Positions 24,527 through 34,779 of a stretch of 64,000 nt of DNA are shown here, in pieces (within the stretch, counting starts at the first letter, position 1; the number at the start of each line of letters is the position of its first letter). The stretch covers positions 3,278 through 67,277 of the forward strand of contig JAFEAZ010000008.1 of NCBI GenBank assembly GCA_018266085.1, in the 5' to 3' direction. Origin of the DNA: Candidatus Babelota bacterium. Its GTDB lineage: Bacteria > Babelota > Babeliae > Babelales > Vermiphilaceae. Below the pieces are notes generated by a model. That model saw only the letters and a program-made list of their open reading frames with translations. It was not told the DNA's origin and did not search any database. The position numbers and the translations under genes were made by a program.

Positions 24527-25735
24527 TTATTCCTTAGAAGTCCAGAAACTACGTATCCATTGATAGACAGAGTCCCATGCGCTTGAGAGCCAGCTGAACA
24601 TGCCATGATCGCTATTAGCTTCAGCGTTAGCAGGCTCCGGCTGCTCAGTATTTTCAAGAGCACAGCTTTTGGTGCGTAGCGTTTCTACCTGTTTTTTGAC
24701 ATCAACACCATGCTCTTTCAGCGTGGCAAGCGCGATCATCACCGCATCAATATGCTCTTTTGTTTTGTTGGTGAGCGTCGTGAAATAGGTGGCAAAATCA
24801 GCTTTAATGTACTGCTCTATGGTGATAATATTTTCAAAAGAGGTGCGCATCTGATGGTACGATTCTTTGGCTTGTTTGTCGCTGAGCTCCCGTTCTATTT
24901 CGCGCAGCTGCTGGCTAGCCTGTTGTTCATAGGTTGAGCAGAGCGCAACTTGATGATTAAGCATTTTGAGCGCTTCATCAAAAAGGAGTGCTAATTTGTC
25001 TATTGCCTGAGACTCTGTTTGCAGCTGATCAAGCTGCTCTTTTTCTTTTTCGAGTGCAGCAAAAGCCGCACGCTCTTGCTCATTTAATTCACCAACTCTT
25101 TTACGTTGCTCTTCTAGCTCCGTTTTGAGCATGGTAAGTGCTGCAGCAAGTTCGCCTTGTTCATAACCACTTTTTCGGTAAAAATCGGCAAAAGTGGTCA
25201 TAAGGATGCTGCTGTAACGTTCGGCAAAAGCGTCGCGCTCCGCATCCACTATTTTTACACGATTGATGATTTCATCATACAGCTTGCGCGCACGCTCCCA
25301 CCAATGGCGTTTGAAAAGCCAGTTTCCTTTTGTTTCCCCTTTAACGTCCATGGTGTCAATCCCTGCTGCCGCATCCTCTGTTTGCTCCTGCACGACTGCT
25401 GTTGCAGCAGGCTGAGTTGCTGGTGGGGTTGCACTTAGTGATGCAGTGCTGGATTCTGCCACCGGTGGTGTAGGTAAGGCAGGAAATGATGCAATGGTCG
25501 CCGTCGCTGTCTCTGGTATCGTGATAGGGATAGTTGCTGAAATAAGTGGCCTTTCATCGGCCTGAGGCATGCTTGTTACGGGGGTAGCAGCCTGCACGTG
25601 TTGAGAATTTGAACCAGGCGGGAGCATTAATGTATGGCTTTGGTCGGTAGAGAATTGACCCATGCTGGTAGAGCCGGTCAACATTGATACCATACCGATT
25701 CCTAATTTCAAATGGTTACGGCACATGCAGGACAC
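24527..25735 (-). CDS. hypothetical secreted protein: Pro/Ala/Thr-rich region plus long coiled coil
   Basis: Low-complexity N-terminal third (PATQPAATAVVQEQ), heptad-rich central part, Trp-rich C-terminus (FSWLSSAWDSVYQWIRSFW). Confidence 0.55.
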   Translation of the reverse strand: MSCMCRNHLKLGIGMVSMLTGSTSMGQFSTDQSHTLMLPPGSNSQHVQAATPVTSMPQADERPLISATIPITIPETATATIASFPALPTPPVAESSTASLSATPPATQPAATAVVQEQTEDAAAGIDTMDVKGETKGNWLFKRHWWERARKLYDEIINRVKIVDAERDAFAERYSSILMTTFADFYRKSGYEQGELAAALTMLKTELEEQRKRVGELNEQERAAFAALEKEKEQLDQLQTESQAIDKLALLFDEALKMLNHQVALCSTYEQQASQQLREIERELSDKQAKESYHQMRTSFENIITIEQYIKADFATYFTTLTNKTKEHIDAVMIALATLKEHGVDVKKQVETLRTKSCALENTEQPEPANAEANSDHGMFSWLSSAWDSVYQWIRSFWTSKE

Positions 25736-25738
25736 TCC

Positions 25739-26200
25739 TTATAATATTTTTGAAAGCTCTTTTAACTCATCCAAAAGCGCTTGAGAGAGCTCTTGTGCTT
25801 CTGGTGATGTATAGCTCCAGCGCACGCCAGCATCGACTTTTGTCAGGGGCGAACGATCGCTTTTGATGTCGATGATATCAATTCGCACGAGATTCATCAA
25901 TGGATGTACTTGTGAGGGAGCGCGCACCACACCAGCTCTTCCTAAAATACTGTAAGCAACATTCCCTTCATCTAAAAAGCAGATCATTACCTTTTTTTGC
26001 CACACCATATTATGGTAGCCAGTATGATCTTTATGGATAGAAATCAAGATGCTTTCTTGCCCTTTAGGGTATATCGATTGGATAGGAGTCGTATGTGGTA
26101 ACCCTTTTTCTGAAAAAGTAGCCAAAACGCCTACCGTCTTTCCCTCTTTAAGTACTTGAAGAATATCATCAGGAAGTTTAACACCAACATGTTTTGCCAT
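25739..26200 (-). CDS. pyridoxamine 5'-phosphate oxidase-like (FMN-binding split-barrel) family protein
   Basis: Size and pattern (GKTVGVLATFSEKGLPHTTPI...MICFLDEGNVAYSILGRAGVV) resemble the PNPOx-like fold. Not verified. Confidence 0.4.
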   Translation of the reverse strand: MAKHVGVKLPDDILQVLKEGKTVGVLATFSEKGLPHTTPIQSIYPKGQESILISIHKDHTGYHNMVWQKKVMICFLDEGNVAYSILGRAGVVRAPSQVHPLMNLVRIDIIDIKSDRSPLTKVDAGVRWSYTSPEAQELSQALLDELKELSKIL

Positions 26201-26295
26201 GCAGTCCCTATCAGTTAATAAATAGATATGATGTACGCTATTTTACCAAGTTCTTGTTGCGCCCTAGCTTTTTTAAGCAATGGCGGGCACGCAGG

Positions 26296-27462
26296 TTATA
26301 AAGATAAATGAGATGCAATACCATTTTCTACAGATATGCCTTCTGATGTTAATATAAGGTAACCATCTACATCTTTTATAAGTCCGGCGTGCATCAACGA
26401 TGCTATTCTGTCTGTTATTTGCCGATGTTCGTCAGCAGTGAGTCCGTCCAGAATATCTTTGCATATTACTCCAGTAGACTGTCGTAATCCAAGCATAACT
26501 TTTTCAAGATGTATCTGTTGACGTGTTAACGTCTCCCATGAGGCTTGAACAGACCCTTTTTTTTCAGCTGCTTGCAGATAACGCATAAGATTTTTCTCAT
26601 TTTGGGTACGAATCGTACCGTCAAATGAACAGGCCCCAAGACCAAAGGCTTTGTAGGGCTTGCGCTGCCAATATACTTTATTATGGCGCGATTGATGGCC
26701 AGGTTTTGCAAAGTTTGAAATTTCGTACTGCTCAAAGCCGTGCTCTACGAGGATATGGCGTGTCCAGGTATACAGATCAACCAAATCATCATCAGGGGTC
26801 AAGGTGACCTCTTGTTTCTTGACCTTGAAATAGAGAGGGGTGTCTTCATGAACCGTCAAGAAGTAGACAGAGATATGTTGTATAGGCCATTGAACAATCT
26901 GATGAATCATGCTGCGCCATTCATCCGCATCAACACCAGGTAACCCTACGATCAAATCGACCGAAAGTGATTCGAAAAATTCTGACGCTTGTGTGAGCAA
27001 CGGAAGCACATCGCGAGCCGACTGGTGACGATTAAGCCCTTTGAGCACCTTGTCATTCAGCGATTGCACGCCGATGCTTAAGCGCGTGATACCCAGTGAC
27101 TTCCAGAATGCCAATTGGCCTGGCATGACGGTACCGGGGTTAACCTCAAGGGTGATTTCGGCGCCGTTGGCAATGCCGAATAAGCGGCGCACGGTTGTTA
27201 TAGTCTCTTGCAAAAGCTCGTTAGGGTAGGTGCTTGGCGTGCCCCCTCCAAAGTAGATAGTTTCTAATGGGGTTCTGGCAGCGGTCTCGCTGGTTGAGCG
27301 TGAGGCATACTGTTCAATTTCTGACAAGAGCGCGCGGTGATACTGTCCCATGAACTGATCGTGAGATGCCAAAGCCACAAAGGGGCAAAAATGGCATTTA
27401 TAGGGGCAAAATGGCCAATGGACATACATACAACGAACAGACTCTGGGGCATAAAATTCCAC
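26296..27462 (-). CDS. hemW: radical SAM heme chaperone HemW (HemN-like)
   Basis: YVHWPFCPYKCHFCPF (CxxxCxxC), GGGTPS, and a HemN C-terminal-like domain. Confidence 0.85.
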   Translation of the reverse strand: MEFYAPESVRCMYVHWPFCPYKCHFCPFVALASHDQFMGQYHRALLSEIEQYASRSTSETAARTPLETIYFGGGTPSTYPNELLQETITTVRRLFGIANGAEITLEVNPGTVMPGQLAFWKSLGITRLSIGVQSLNDKVLKGLNRHQSARDVLPLLTQASEFFESLSVDLIVGLPGVDADEWRSMIHQIVQWPIQHISVYFLTVHEDTPLYFKVKKQEVTLTPDDDLVDLYTWTRHILVEHGFEQYEISNFAKPGHQSRHNKVYWQRKPYKAFGLGACSFDGTIRTQNEKNLMRYLQAAEKKGSVQASWETLTRQQIHLEKVMLGLRQSTGVICKDILDGLTADEHRQITDRIASLMHAGLIKDVDGYLILTSEGISVENGIASHLSL

Positions 27463-27480
27463 AAATCCTCACAGGCTCAG

Positions 27481-28014
27481 TTATTTTTTCTGAGGGATAG
27501 TTTTATCAATAATGGTACGGCTCGCGGCAAAATCAGACTCAATCTGAGCTTTAATGGCGCAGGCATTCGAGAATTTAATAATAACACTTCCGCTAAAAAT
27601 AGCCCGTATTGATTCTAAAAGATCGCTCGGGAACTTATTTTTTTCTAAAAAAGCGATCGCTTCATCGTCAGTTTTACCTATAATATCCAGGCCGTATCGT
27701 TCATAAATATACCGTTTCAAAAGTCCGGTTAGCGCGGTGTAGAGCTCTTTGCTGTAGACGACCGATAAAAACCCTTCTGTCTCCAGCCTGTCCAGCTCGT
27801 CGATAGCCTTCTGCCAGGGGGTCAGGACCCGTTTTCTTCCAATAACTGCTCGTGCACTGTACCAGAGTATGCCCAACAGTAGGAGCACTATGGCTATATA
27901 AGCGCAATAGGTGAGCCATGACTGTTGCCACCATGGGGTATGGCTCATGTCGTAAATGTCGTAGAGTTGTTGCGCAGGATCATGTTGACTGTAGCTGACC
28001 ATGTTTCTCGCCAC
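27481..28014 (-). CDS. hypothetical single-pass membrane protein (possibly DUF4381-like)
   Basis: TPWWQQSW followed by TM YCAYIAIVLLLLGILWY. Confidence 0.4.
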   Translation of the reverse strand: MARNMVSYSQHDPAQQLYDIYDMSHTPWWQQSWLTYCAYIAIVLLLLGILWYSARAVIGRKRVLTPWQKAIDELDRLETEGFLSVVYSKELYTALTGLLKRYIYERYGLDIIGKTDDEAIAFLEKNKFPSDLLESIRAIFSGSVIIKFSNACAIKAQIESDFAASRTIIDKTIPQKK

Positions 28015-28384
28015 ATTTTTGTAGGTTTATGAGCATGTTTTGTAAGAGATTCACACTCGTAGGATAAAAGTAGTCATTGAAAAGGTCAATATAGCAGCCG
28101 GTTGCCTGCCGCATTCTTCGCGGTTGCCCATCGCTGTTGGTATGTCGACTGTCCACTTGTAACAGACGTCTGGCAAGAAGTTTTACAAAAGCTTTATCTA
28201 AAACTTGATTCATTGCTTTATGAATTTATACTTACCATGATATAAAAAAGAAATGCAACAACAAGTTCTGCGTATGTGGTTGATAAAAACTCTATTTTTT
28301 TTCAGCGACATTCAGTAAGGTTGTTGCTTGTGATACATTGCGTATTTTACACTATCATTCTTTATTAGCATAAGGAGCTAAGAC

Positions 28385-28588
28385 ATGGCGTACAGCGTTA
28401 AATCGAAAAAGAGCGGAAAGACTTACTTCTTGCATACAAAAGAAGTTGAATTGGCTGCAGGTCGTAAGCAAAGAATCTACTACTTTGCAGGCGAAGCTGC
28501 AGATAATGCTATCGCTGCATTGCCTGCTGGCTATGAAGTAATGGAAAATGAACGCACTGGCTTGCCAATGTTGCGTAAGAAAAAGTAA
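28385..28588 (+). CDS. small conserved hypothetical protein (67 aa)
   Basis: AAGGAG RBS 7 nt upstream. The pattern KSGKTYFLH...RIYYFAGE...LPAGYEVMENERTGLPMLRKKK recalls a widespread small-protein family. Confidence 0.6.
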   Translation: MAYSVKSKKSGKTYFLHTKEVELAAGRKQRIYYFAGEAADNAIAALPAGYEVMENERTGLPMLRKKK

Positions 28589-28623
28589 AATACTGGTAAC
28601 AGAGATCACAAGAGGTTCAAGCT

Positions 28624-29772
28624 TTACTTGAGCCTCTTTTTTGTGTGTATAGCCATTTCATATACCGCGATTAGGTCTTGTGCATGTGTTTCAAGTGTGT
28701 AGTTGTTTGCTGTTGTGCGTGCGCCACGAGATAGTTTTTCTAGCAGCTGTTCGTCATGAGTGAGTCGCTCTATTGCTGCAGCCATCTCATGCACCGTCTC
28801 AACAATATACCCATTGTAACCATTGTTGATGATAGAGCGCTGGCCAGGCCCATCAAGAGCGATAACCGGCGTGCCGGATGCCATTGCTTCTGCAAGCACT
28901 AACCCTTGCGTATCGCTCGATGAAGGGAAAAGAAAAAGATCGGCCTGCCGATACCAAGCAACCAAGCTCGCCTGATCAGCTTTGTGATGAAACCGCACAT
29001 GCGCGGGATTTAACCCAAGTGTGTCATACGCATAGGTTTGTATCTCATGCCAAAGCTGTCCGTACCCAACAGCATCAAGTTCATAGCTGCCATGCGGCAG
29101 CAGCGCGACGGCCTCAAGCATTGCAGGCATATTTTTTTCGCGGACAAATCTGCCCACATACAAAAGTTTGCGTGGTTGTGTGGTGGTACTCAATGCTTTT
29201 TCTGGCGTAAAAAAACAGGAGCGTATAGGGCTTGCGACGATCGATATCGGAGTCTCTGTTTGATCTGTATTGATCGCCTGCGCAACCGCCTGACTTGGTG
29301 CAATAATATGATCAACCTGCGCGTAATAGGTACGCAAGCGTTGCGTAATCAAGAAGGAGGTAATCTTGTGTGGTAATGGCACATAATGTGTGTAGGCATG
29401 GTAGAGCGTATGATGTGTAAAGACCACGGGGCAATCGCGCATGCGGGCTATTTTAAGCGCTGCGTGACCCAGTAACCACGGATGATGAGCATGTATGATA
29501 TCCGGTTGCACCGTTTCTATGAGCTCTTTCAAGTATGCGTGCGTGCGCCATGGCACCGCAATCGGATTGTTCTTAAATTCCATGGGCAATACGGTTGGCA
29601 GGCGGTGTACATAGTCAGGATCTTGATCGGCACCTGCAATATTGAGCGTGACGATCTTCACGTTGTAACCGCATGCAAGCAATGCTTGTGTTGAGGCATG
29701 TACCGATTGGGCAACGCCACCTTGATACGGGAAATAGTTGTTGGTGACCATGAGTACTGTGCGCGGCGTCAT
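28624..29772 (-). CDS. glycosyltransferase family 4
   Basis: MTPRTVLMVTNNYFPYQGGVAQSV N-terminus. C-terminal ...FLFPSSSDTQGLVLAEAMASGTPVIA (E-x7-E region). Confidence 0.8.
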   Translation of the reverse strand: MTPRTVLMVTNNYFPYQGGVAQSVHASTQALLACGYNVKIVTLNIAGADQDPDYVHRLPTVLPMEFKNNPIAVPWRTHAYLKELIETVQPDIIHAHHPWLLGHAALKIARMRDCPVVFTHHTLYHAYTHYVPLPHKITSFLITQRLRTYYAQVDHIIAPSQAVAQAINTDQTETPISIVASPIRSCFFTPEKALSTTTQPRKLLYVGRFVREKNMPAMLEAVALLPHGSYELDAVGYGQLWHEIQTYAYDTLGLNPAHVRFHHKADQASLVAWYRQADLFLFPSSSDTQGLVLAEAMASGTPVIALDGPGQRSIINNGYNGYIVETVHEMAAAIERLTHDEQLLEKLSRGARTTANNYTLETHAQDLIAVYEMAIHTKKRLK

Positions 29773-29776
29773 CCTT

Positions 29777-30805
29777 TTACACCGAAGCATTTAATGCGCG
29801 CATGATGCTCAAAACGCTGCCAACACCGATTTTTGGTTTGCAAAAAATAAGATAAGTTGATTCTTTTTTAGGACGAAATTTTTTCCAATATCGTTGTCGT
29901 TCTTCATCTCCAAAATTGAATATTTTTTTCGATACACCATACGCATGCCGCGCAAACCATGTGGTGAGATATCCCAAGCCTTCAATGCGATTCAGTTCGT
30001 TGCTCGGTACTGAACCGATTGAAAAAAATGAACAGCCCTGTTTTGCCAGCAGTTCAAACGCGCAGACGAGCAGCAGCTCAGAGGTTCCTTTTGGTGCAGT
30101 ATCAGGCACCATCGAGAAGCTCAATACCCATCCTTTTGGTATGCCGATTGCGTTCAAGATCAGCACGCCGATAATGACGCCATCCTGCTGCGCATAAAAA
30201 TAACGCTTATGTTCACGGTCGGCAAAAATAGCGACATGTTGTAGATATATTTGTGGGCCTTTGCGATTCTTTATCCATGACTGACCGATTGCTTCAATCA
30301 TCTTTTCTTGCTCAGCATTATATTCGATATACTCGAAGATCTGCACCCCTTGGCGTGCTGCTTGGTTGCATTTTCTGCGCAACAGTGCAGCCTTTTCTCC
30401 TGGTCCAATGCGTGGGTCGTGTGATGGATCGATAATCAGTTCGTGCCCGAAGCTGATAGCTGCTTTGTTCAATTTTTGGAGCGACCAGTTGGTAAATCGT
30501 TCAGACGCAGCAACATAGATTATGTTCTTCACGCTCTTTTCAAACTCAGCATGAAATGCTGCAGTCAAATCGGCGATATGTTCTGGCGGGCAGAGTGGGT
30601 CGCCGAATACGATAATATTATTCGATTCACGGCGATAGCCGATAATGCCCGGTATGGTCGGTTTGCTAAAAATTTTACAGGCAGGGTCGAGCAGTGCAAT
30701 CGATGCTGAATTTCCCCACAGCGTTATGCAATCGGCAACTGAGTACTGTTCGTTGCACATACTCAACTGTTTTTCTTGCGTCAGTGTTGTTGTTTTTGAA
30801 AGCAT
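29777..30805 (-). CDS. DUF2156 / MprF C-terminal-like (aminoacyl-phosphatidylglycerol synthase domain) protein without a flippase domain
   Basis: IPGIIGYRRESNNIIVFGDPLCP and overall size fit the LPG-synthase C-domain. Start uncertain (30859, 30805 or 30760). Confidence 0.5.
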   Translation of the reverse strand: MLSKTTTLTQEKQLSMCNEQYSVADCITLWGNSASIALLDPACKIFSKPTIPGIIGYRRESNNIIVFGDPLCPPEHIADLTAAFHAEFEKSVKNIIYVAASERFTNWSLQKLNKAAISFGHELIIDPSHDPRIGPGEKAALLRRKCNQAARQGVQIFEYIEYNAEQEKMIEAIGQSWIKNRKGPQIYLQHVAIFADREHKRYFYAQQDGVIIGVLILNAIGIPKGWVLSFSMVPDTAPKGTSELLLVCAFELLAKQGCSFFSIGSVPSNELNRIEGLGYLTTWFARHAYGVSKKIFNFGDEERQRYWKKFRPKKESTYLIFCKPKIGVGSVLSIMRALNASV

Positions 30806-30963
30806 GTACGATCTTAATTTCTTTTGAAAATGGTGAGAATTACTATGCGATAGGCACAATAATACTGAAAGAATGGTGTACGTGCAAAAAAGAGATACGT
30901 GTGTGTGAATGCTTTGCGCTCATCAGTCTATTGGCGCGGACAATGCGTGATACAGTGTGAGCA

Positions 30964-30998
30964 CAAAAAAAGAGGCCTGATTGTTACATCAGGCCTCT
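30964..30998 (-). terminator. rho-independent terminator downstream of the 31024-31776 gene
   Basis: On the minus strand: agaggcctgat-gtaaca-atcaggcctct followed by TTTTTTT. Confidence 0.75.
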
Positions 30999-31023
30999 TG
31001 CGAATTAATAAGAAATTCGAGAT

Positions 31024-31776
31024 TTAGTCAATAGAGTCTTCGATAAGAAAGTGCAATCTCTCTGCGGCTTCTTTGTCTGTGCCATGACTGTCGCGCAGTT
31101 TTTCGTAAACAGGGCTTCCAAGTATTTTCAGATTCCAGAGTGTCGGTACACTAGCGAGTCCACGGTTTTTAACACTGCTACTTCTTCCCATCATGTAGGG
31201 AGTTTGGCCAAGACAACCAGGCCAAGGTTCATTCTCAAGCTCTTGAAGGCGCTCGCGATTTTCATTGCCATAGGCATCAACTAAGCTATCTATGCCTGTT
31301 CCACACGAATATTTTTGTATCAAATAAGCCTTGACTCTCATTCTTATATCCAGGTTCTTACATTTCCTCTCAATCAAATCATAGCTAGCTTCTGGCATAG
31401 GAGCTCGTTTTTCGTCTGCCCAAGTAATAAATGCTGCCTCTTTGTCACTCTCGTTAGCAGTCGTTTGGATGCCAGGGGCCAAAGCCAAAACAGCTAATGT
31501 GGAAGGCTTTGGAAATGAGGCTTGAGGTGTTGCAGTCTTGACATTATTTAGATTGCGAGAATAAGAACACCTTTCCGTAATAAGACATGTTTTATACACC
31601 GGTTCTTCGTCACGGGGCTTTAGTTTACGAAAAATTGGCCATGTGTCTCCATCTAATCCGCGCTTTCCTTGGGCTTGAGAGCCAGCCTCTTTTTGATCTC
31701 CACTGGCTTTGATTTCAAATGTGCTGCCCGAGGCAAAAGCCAAAACAACTAATAAGGCTAATTTTAAGTTCTTCAT
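31024..31776 (-). CDS. hypothetical secreted protein
   Basis: Signal peptide MKNLKLALLVVLAFASGSTFEIKA. No recognisable domain. Confidence 0.55.
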   Translation of the reverse strand: MKNLKLALLVVLAFASGSTFEIKASGDQKEAGSQAQGKRGLDGDTWPIFRKLKPRDEEPVYKTCLITERCSYSRNLNNVKTATPQASFPKPSTLAVLALAPGIQTTANESDKEAAFITWADEKRAPMPEASYDLIERKCKNLDIRMRVKAYLIQKYSCGTGIDSLVDAYGNENRERLQELENEPWPGCLGQTPYMMGRSSSVKNRGLASVPTLWNLKILGSPVYEKLRDSHGTDKEAAERLHFLIEDSID

Positions 31777-32084
31777 AGAAACATCCTTTATCTATATAAA
31801 AGATTAAACATACTAGTTTCTCAGGTTTGAGTAGGCAATCCCTTTTGCTCTATTCTTGACTAATTGTACTATAGTCAGCGGTATTGTCAAAGGAGGTAGG
31901 GGTAAGGGGGAAGACAGGGGAAAGAGGTGTTTTTTGGGTTTTTCAGGTTGGCATGCCATAAAAATTTTATTCCAGCCATCTTTGTTAATACGTAAACCCT
32001 GCCCCAAGTAGGTGGCATCTTACGCTCAATCTGCTACACTAAGAGCTCATATAACTATTATTGTATTACCATGAGTTTGACCGT

Positions 32085-33089
32085 ATGAACAACCTCGAAT
32101 ACTGGCGCGGATCTATAACCATAGGTTCGCTCAAATTCCCCCGTTTTATAGGTGGCCCTTTAGACGGCATCACCGATTCACCCTTCAGAAAGCTGGTGCG
32201 TGATTTCTCGCCTACCGAACTCCTCTATACTGAAATGCGTCATGTAGCCTGGGTCGCCAATGACAAAGGTGGGGTAAAGGCGCTCGATTTTGAGCAGATT
32301 GAACGACCAATAAACTATCAAGTTGCTGCAAACAGCATCGACTTTATCGAAAAAGCATGTGACAAGATTCTTGCAGCTGGTGTGGACATGCTTGATCTCA
32401 ACGTCGGCTGCCCAGCACGCAATGTGATCGGCTCAGGGTCAGGATCGGCATTGATGGCGGACCCTGAACGCTTAGAGCGTATTTTAAAGACATTCCGCGC
32501 ACGACTGCCAATACCTTTTACCGTAAAAATACGTGCCGGTTTCAAAACTTGTAATGCGCTTGATATTGCACAATTGGTGCAAGATTGTGGTGCCGATGCG
32601 CTGGCAATCCATCCACGTTTGCAAACACAACATTTTGAAGGCCGACCCGATTATGCTTTAGTAGCACAGGTAAAAAAGGCGGTATCGATTCCGGTGATTG
32701 TGTCGGGTGGGGTGGTTAATTTTAAAACAGCAGCACTTGTCTACGATCAGACCGGCGTTGATGGCTTTTTGATTGGCCGTGGTATCTGGGCGCAACCATG
32801 GAAGCTGCATGAAATGGCAGAGCATAGTCAAGGGCGTGTGTATGTGGTGCCGCGTGATACCGTGTTGTTATACGCGTTGAAACATTTAGAGGCGATGCTC
32901 ACCTATTATGGTCCAAAAGGGTTATATGCATTCAGAAAGCATCTGCCTTTCTATATTCGTGGCGTGCAGGATGCGTCTCACCTTCGTAAAAAATTAGTCG
33001 TTGCCGAGTCGAGTGATGAAGTGCGGCAACTCTTGTTGTCTGCTTTAGGGAGTGTGCCAGATGAAGCATCCGGTCTATCAAGGGCGTAG
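32085..33089 (+). CDS. dus: tRNA-dihydrouridine synthase
   Basis: PLDGITDSPFR, DLNVGCPARNV, FTVKIRAGF, ALAIHPR. ATG at 32085 preferred over the TTG at 32061. Confidence 0.85.
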   Translation: MNNLEYWRGSITIGSLKFPRFIGGPLDGITDSPFRKLVRDFSPTELLYTEMRHVAWVANDKGGVKALDFEQIERPINYQVAANSIDFIEKACDKILAAGVDMLDLNVGCPARNVIGSGSGSALMADPERLERILKTFRARLPIPFTVKIRAGFKTCNALDIAQLVQDCGADALAIHPRLQTQHFEGRPDYALVAQVKKAVSIPVIVSGGVVNFKTAALVYDQTGVDGFLIGRGIWAQPWKLHEMAEHSQGRVYVVPRDTVLLYALKHLEAMLTYYGPKGLYAFRKHLPFYIRGVQDASHLRKKLVVAESSDEVRQLLLSALGSVPDEASGLSRA

Positions 33090-33903
33090 ACTTTCGTCCC
33101 TTACCATATTCTTGCTGATGTTCGGCTGTTTGGGTGCTGCAGTCTGTGCTCCTCAGCTGGTAAAAAAGGGCGCATCAGCATGCGTCTACCCATTTTTCTA
33201 TATCCAACATCGTGTCGTTGAGTATGGCAATGCGCTGAGCATGCAGCGTGCAACGGTTCATGAGCTTGAATCGACGGTAGGGCAGTTACGGCAAGAGAAT
33301 CATCAGCTCATGGCACGCATCATTGAGCATGAATCTGCTGCGCACTATATGCAGGGAATTCAGGAGCTGCTGGCATTCAAGCAACGGTATGCATTAGATG
33401 GCGCGCATTGTGTGAAAATAGTGTCTACAACTATCTCAGAGCAGTCTCACTCAATGGTGATCGACGCTGGCAGCGCGCAGGGCATAGAGCCTGATATGAT
33501 CGCCCTCTATAATAATGTGCTGCTTGGGCGCGTCACGCATGTCTATCCTCATTATAGCAAGGTAGTTCTGGTCTCAGATCGTGGCTGCAAGGTTGCGGCC
33601 TATTGTGCGGCAACAGGAGCACATGGCATTCATGAAGGGTGCAATGGCGTCACTTCATTGTTGTCAAAGGTGAGCCATCTAGAAAAGGTTGACGAGCAGG
33701 ATCTTGTTATATCAAGCGGGCAAGGGCTTATTTTTCCACAAGGCTTTGCGCTTGGGCGCATTGTAAAGGTGCAGCAGCAGGATCTCTTTTATGCCGTCAC
33801 CGTTGCGCCACTCATTGAGTTGGAAAAGCTCTCTTATTGCATGATCATTAGCAAACAGATGATTAGTCTACCGCGACATAAAAACGGTATATCCTCTTTG
33901 TAA
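33061..33903 (+). CDS. mreC: rod shape-determining protein MreC
   Basis: N-terminal TM, coiled coil (LESTVGQLRQENHQLMARI), and VISSGQGLIFPQGFALGRIVKV, typical of MreC. Confidence 0.7.
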   Translation: MKHPVYQGRRLSSLTIFLLMFGCLGAAVCAPQLVKKGASACVYPFFYIQHRVVEYGNALSMQRATVHELESTVGQLRQENHQLMARIIEHESAAHYMQGIQELLAFKQRYALDGAHCVKIVSTTISEQSHSMVIDAGSAQGIEPDMIALYNNVLLGRVTHVYPHYSKVVLVSDRGCKVAAYCAATGAHGIHEGCNGVTSLLSKVSHLEKVDEQDLVISSGQGLIFPQGFALGRIVKVQQQDLFYAVTVAPLIELEKLSYCMIISKQMISLPRHKNGISSL

Positions 33904-34611
33904 AGAGGCATACAGCGAATCTATGATGCTGGGGTTATAATCGATTATGCTCACATAGGCAATATCACCCTCTATAAGTGCTCTTTTTTTCATGATCTGT
34001 AGAGCGTCATATTCGGAGCCGAGCGCGTCGACAAGGCCAAGAGTAACCGCTTTTTTGCCAGAAAAGAGTTTGCCGTCTGCCCACTGGGTCGACTGTGAGC
34101 GTGCTAGATGCCTATTGGTAGCAACATCGGCAACAAACTGTTGGTACGCATCATCTACCAGCTCTTGCGGCAATGGTGTGTCCGGCGACATGCAGCCATC
34201 GATCTTGCCGATTAAGGCCATGCCGGGAGCAACGATAAAATCTGCTATGCATGCTATGTAATAACCGCCCGATGTGCAGTTATTTTCTACTAATACACCT
34301 ACCGGTTTTTGGTAGTGATGCTTCAGTGCTTTAATCTCATTATGTATTGCTTGTGCGGTGCCTGCGGCGGTTTCCGCGCTGTCGAGTATCATCAAGATGC
34401 CCTTAATCTCTTTATCTTTAAAGAGCATATTGAGTGCTTGAATAGGCGCAGTTGCATCGTTGATGTCCCCTTTCAGCGAGACGAGACCGATTTTAGCCTT
34501 TGGTTTGAGATAGGCTTTGTACTCTTTCTCAATGCCTTCAAGAAGTGCTGGAGCAAGACGTATCAGAATCAGTAGCAGAAGAATATTTTTCAGAAGATTG
34601 AACAAGCTCAT
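33868..34611 (-). CDS. sppA: signal peptide peptidase SppA, 36K type (S49 family)
   Basis: N-terminal TM. CTSGGYYIACIADFIVAPGMALIG matches the S49 block containing the nucleophile Ser. Confidence 0.7.
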   Translation of the reverse strand: MSLFNLLKNILLLLILIRLAPALLEGIEKEYKAYLKPKAKIGLVSLKGDINDATAPIQALNMLFKDKEIKGILMILDSAETAAGTAQAIHNEIKALKHHYQKPVGVLVENNCTSGGYYIACIADFIVAPGMALIGKIDGCMSPDTPLPQELVDDAYQQFVADVATNRHLARSQSTQWADGKLFSGKKAVTLGLVDALGSEYDALQIMKKRALIEGDIAYVSIIDYNPSIIDSLYASLQRGYTVFMSR

Positions 34612-34779
34612 GGTGGTCCTTATAGCAGAGATATAATTGTTACTTCATGCTACTGCAAAAATAGGTAGAGTGCTACCATTTTAAAGATGTGATGAGCGAA
34701 CAATAACACAGCTCTTGGGCCGGCCTCTTTTCTATGGTAGAATGGAATTGTTGAGGATAAAAACGAAAGATTTTTATAT

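Noticed and set aside
27980-28213. 77-aa minus-strand ORF in the large spacer upstream of the small conserved gene
   Set aside because: It overlaps the start of the 27481-28014 gene, has no RBS, and its composition is not convincing. The 28015-28384 region is left as A/T-rich intergenic or promoter DNA.
31813-32007. 64-aa ORF between the secreted-protein gene and dus
   Set aside because: It has low-complexity Pro/Leu-rich translation (LSSPLPLPPLTIPLTIV) from a G-rich tract and no RBS. Likely non-coding.
33868-34611. Suspected loss of the SppA catalytic serine (LIGKIDG where many S49 members have GSIG)
   Set aside because: The nucleophile Ser of S49 peptidases lies in the conserved ...SGGYY... 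block, which is intact here (CTSGGYYIA). There is no basis to call it inactive.
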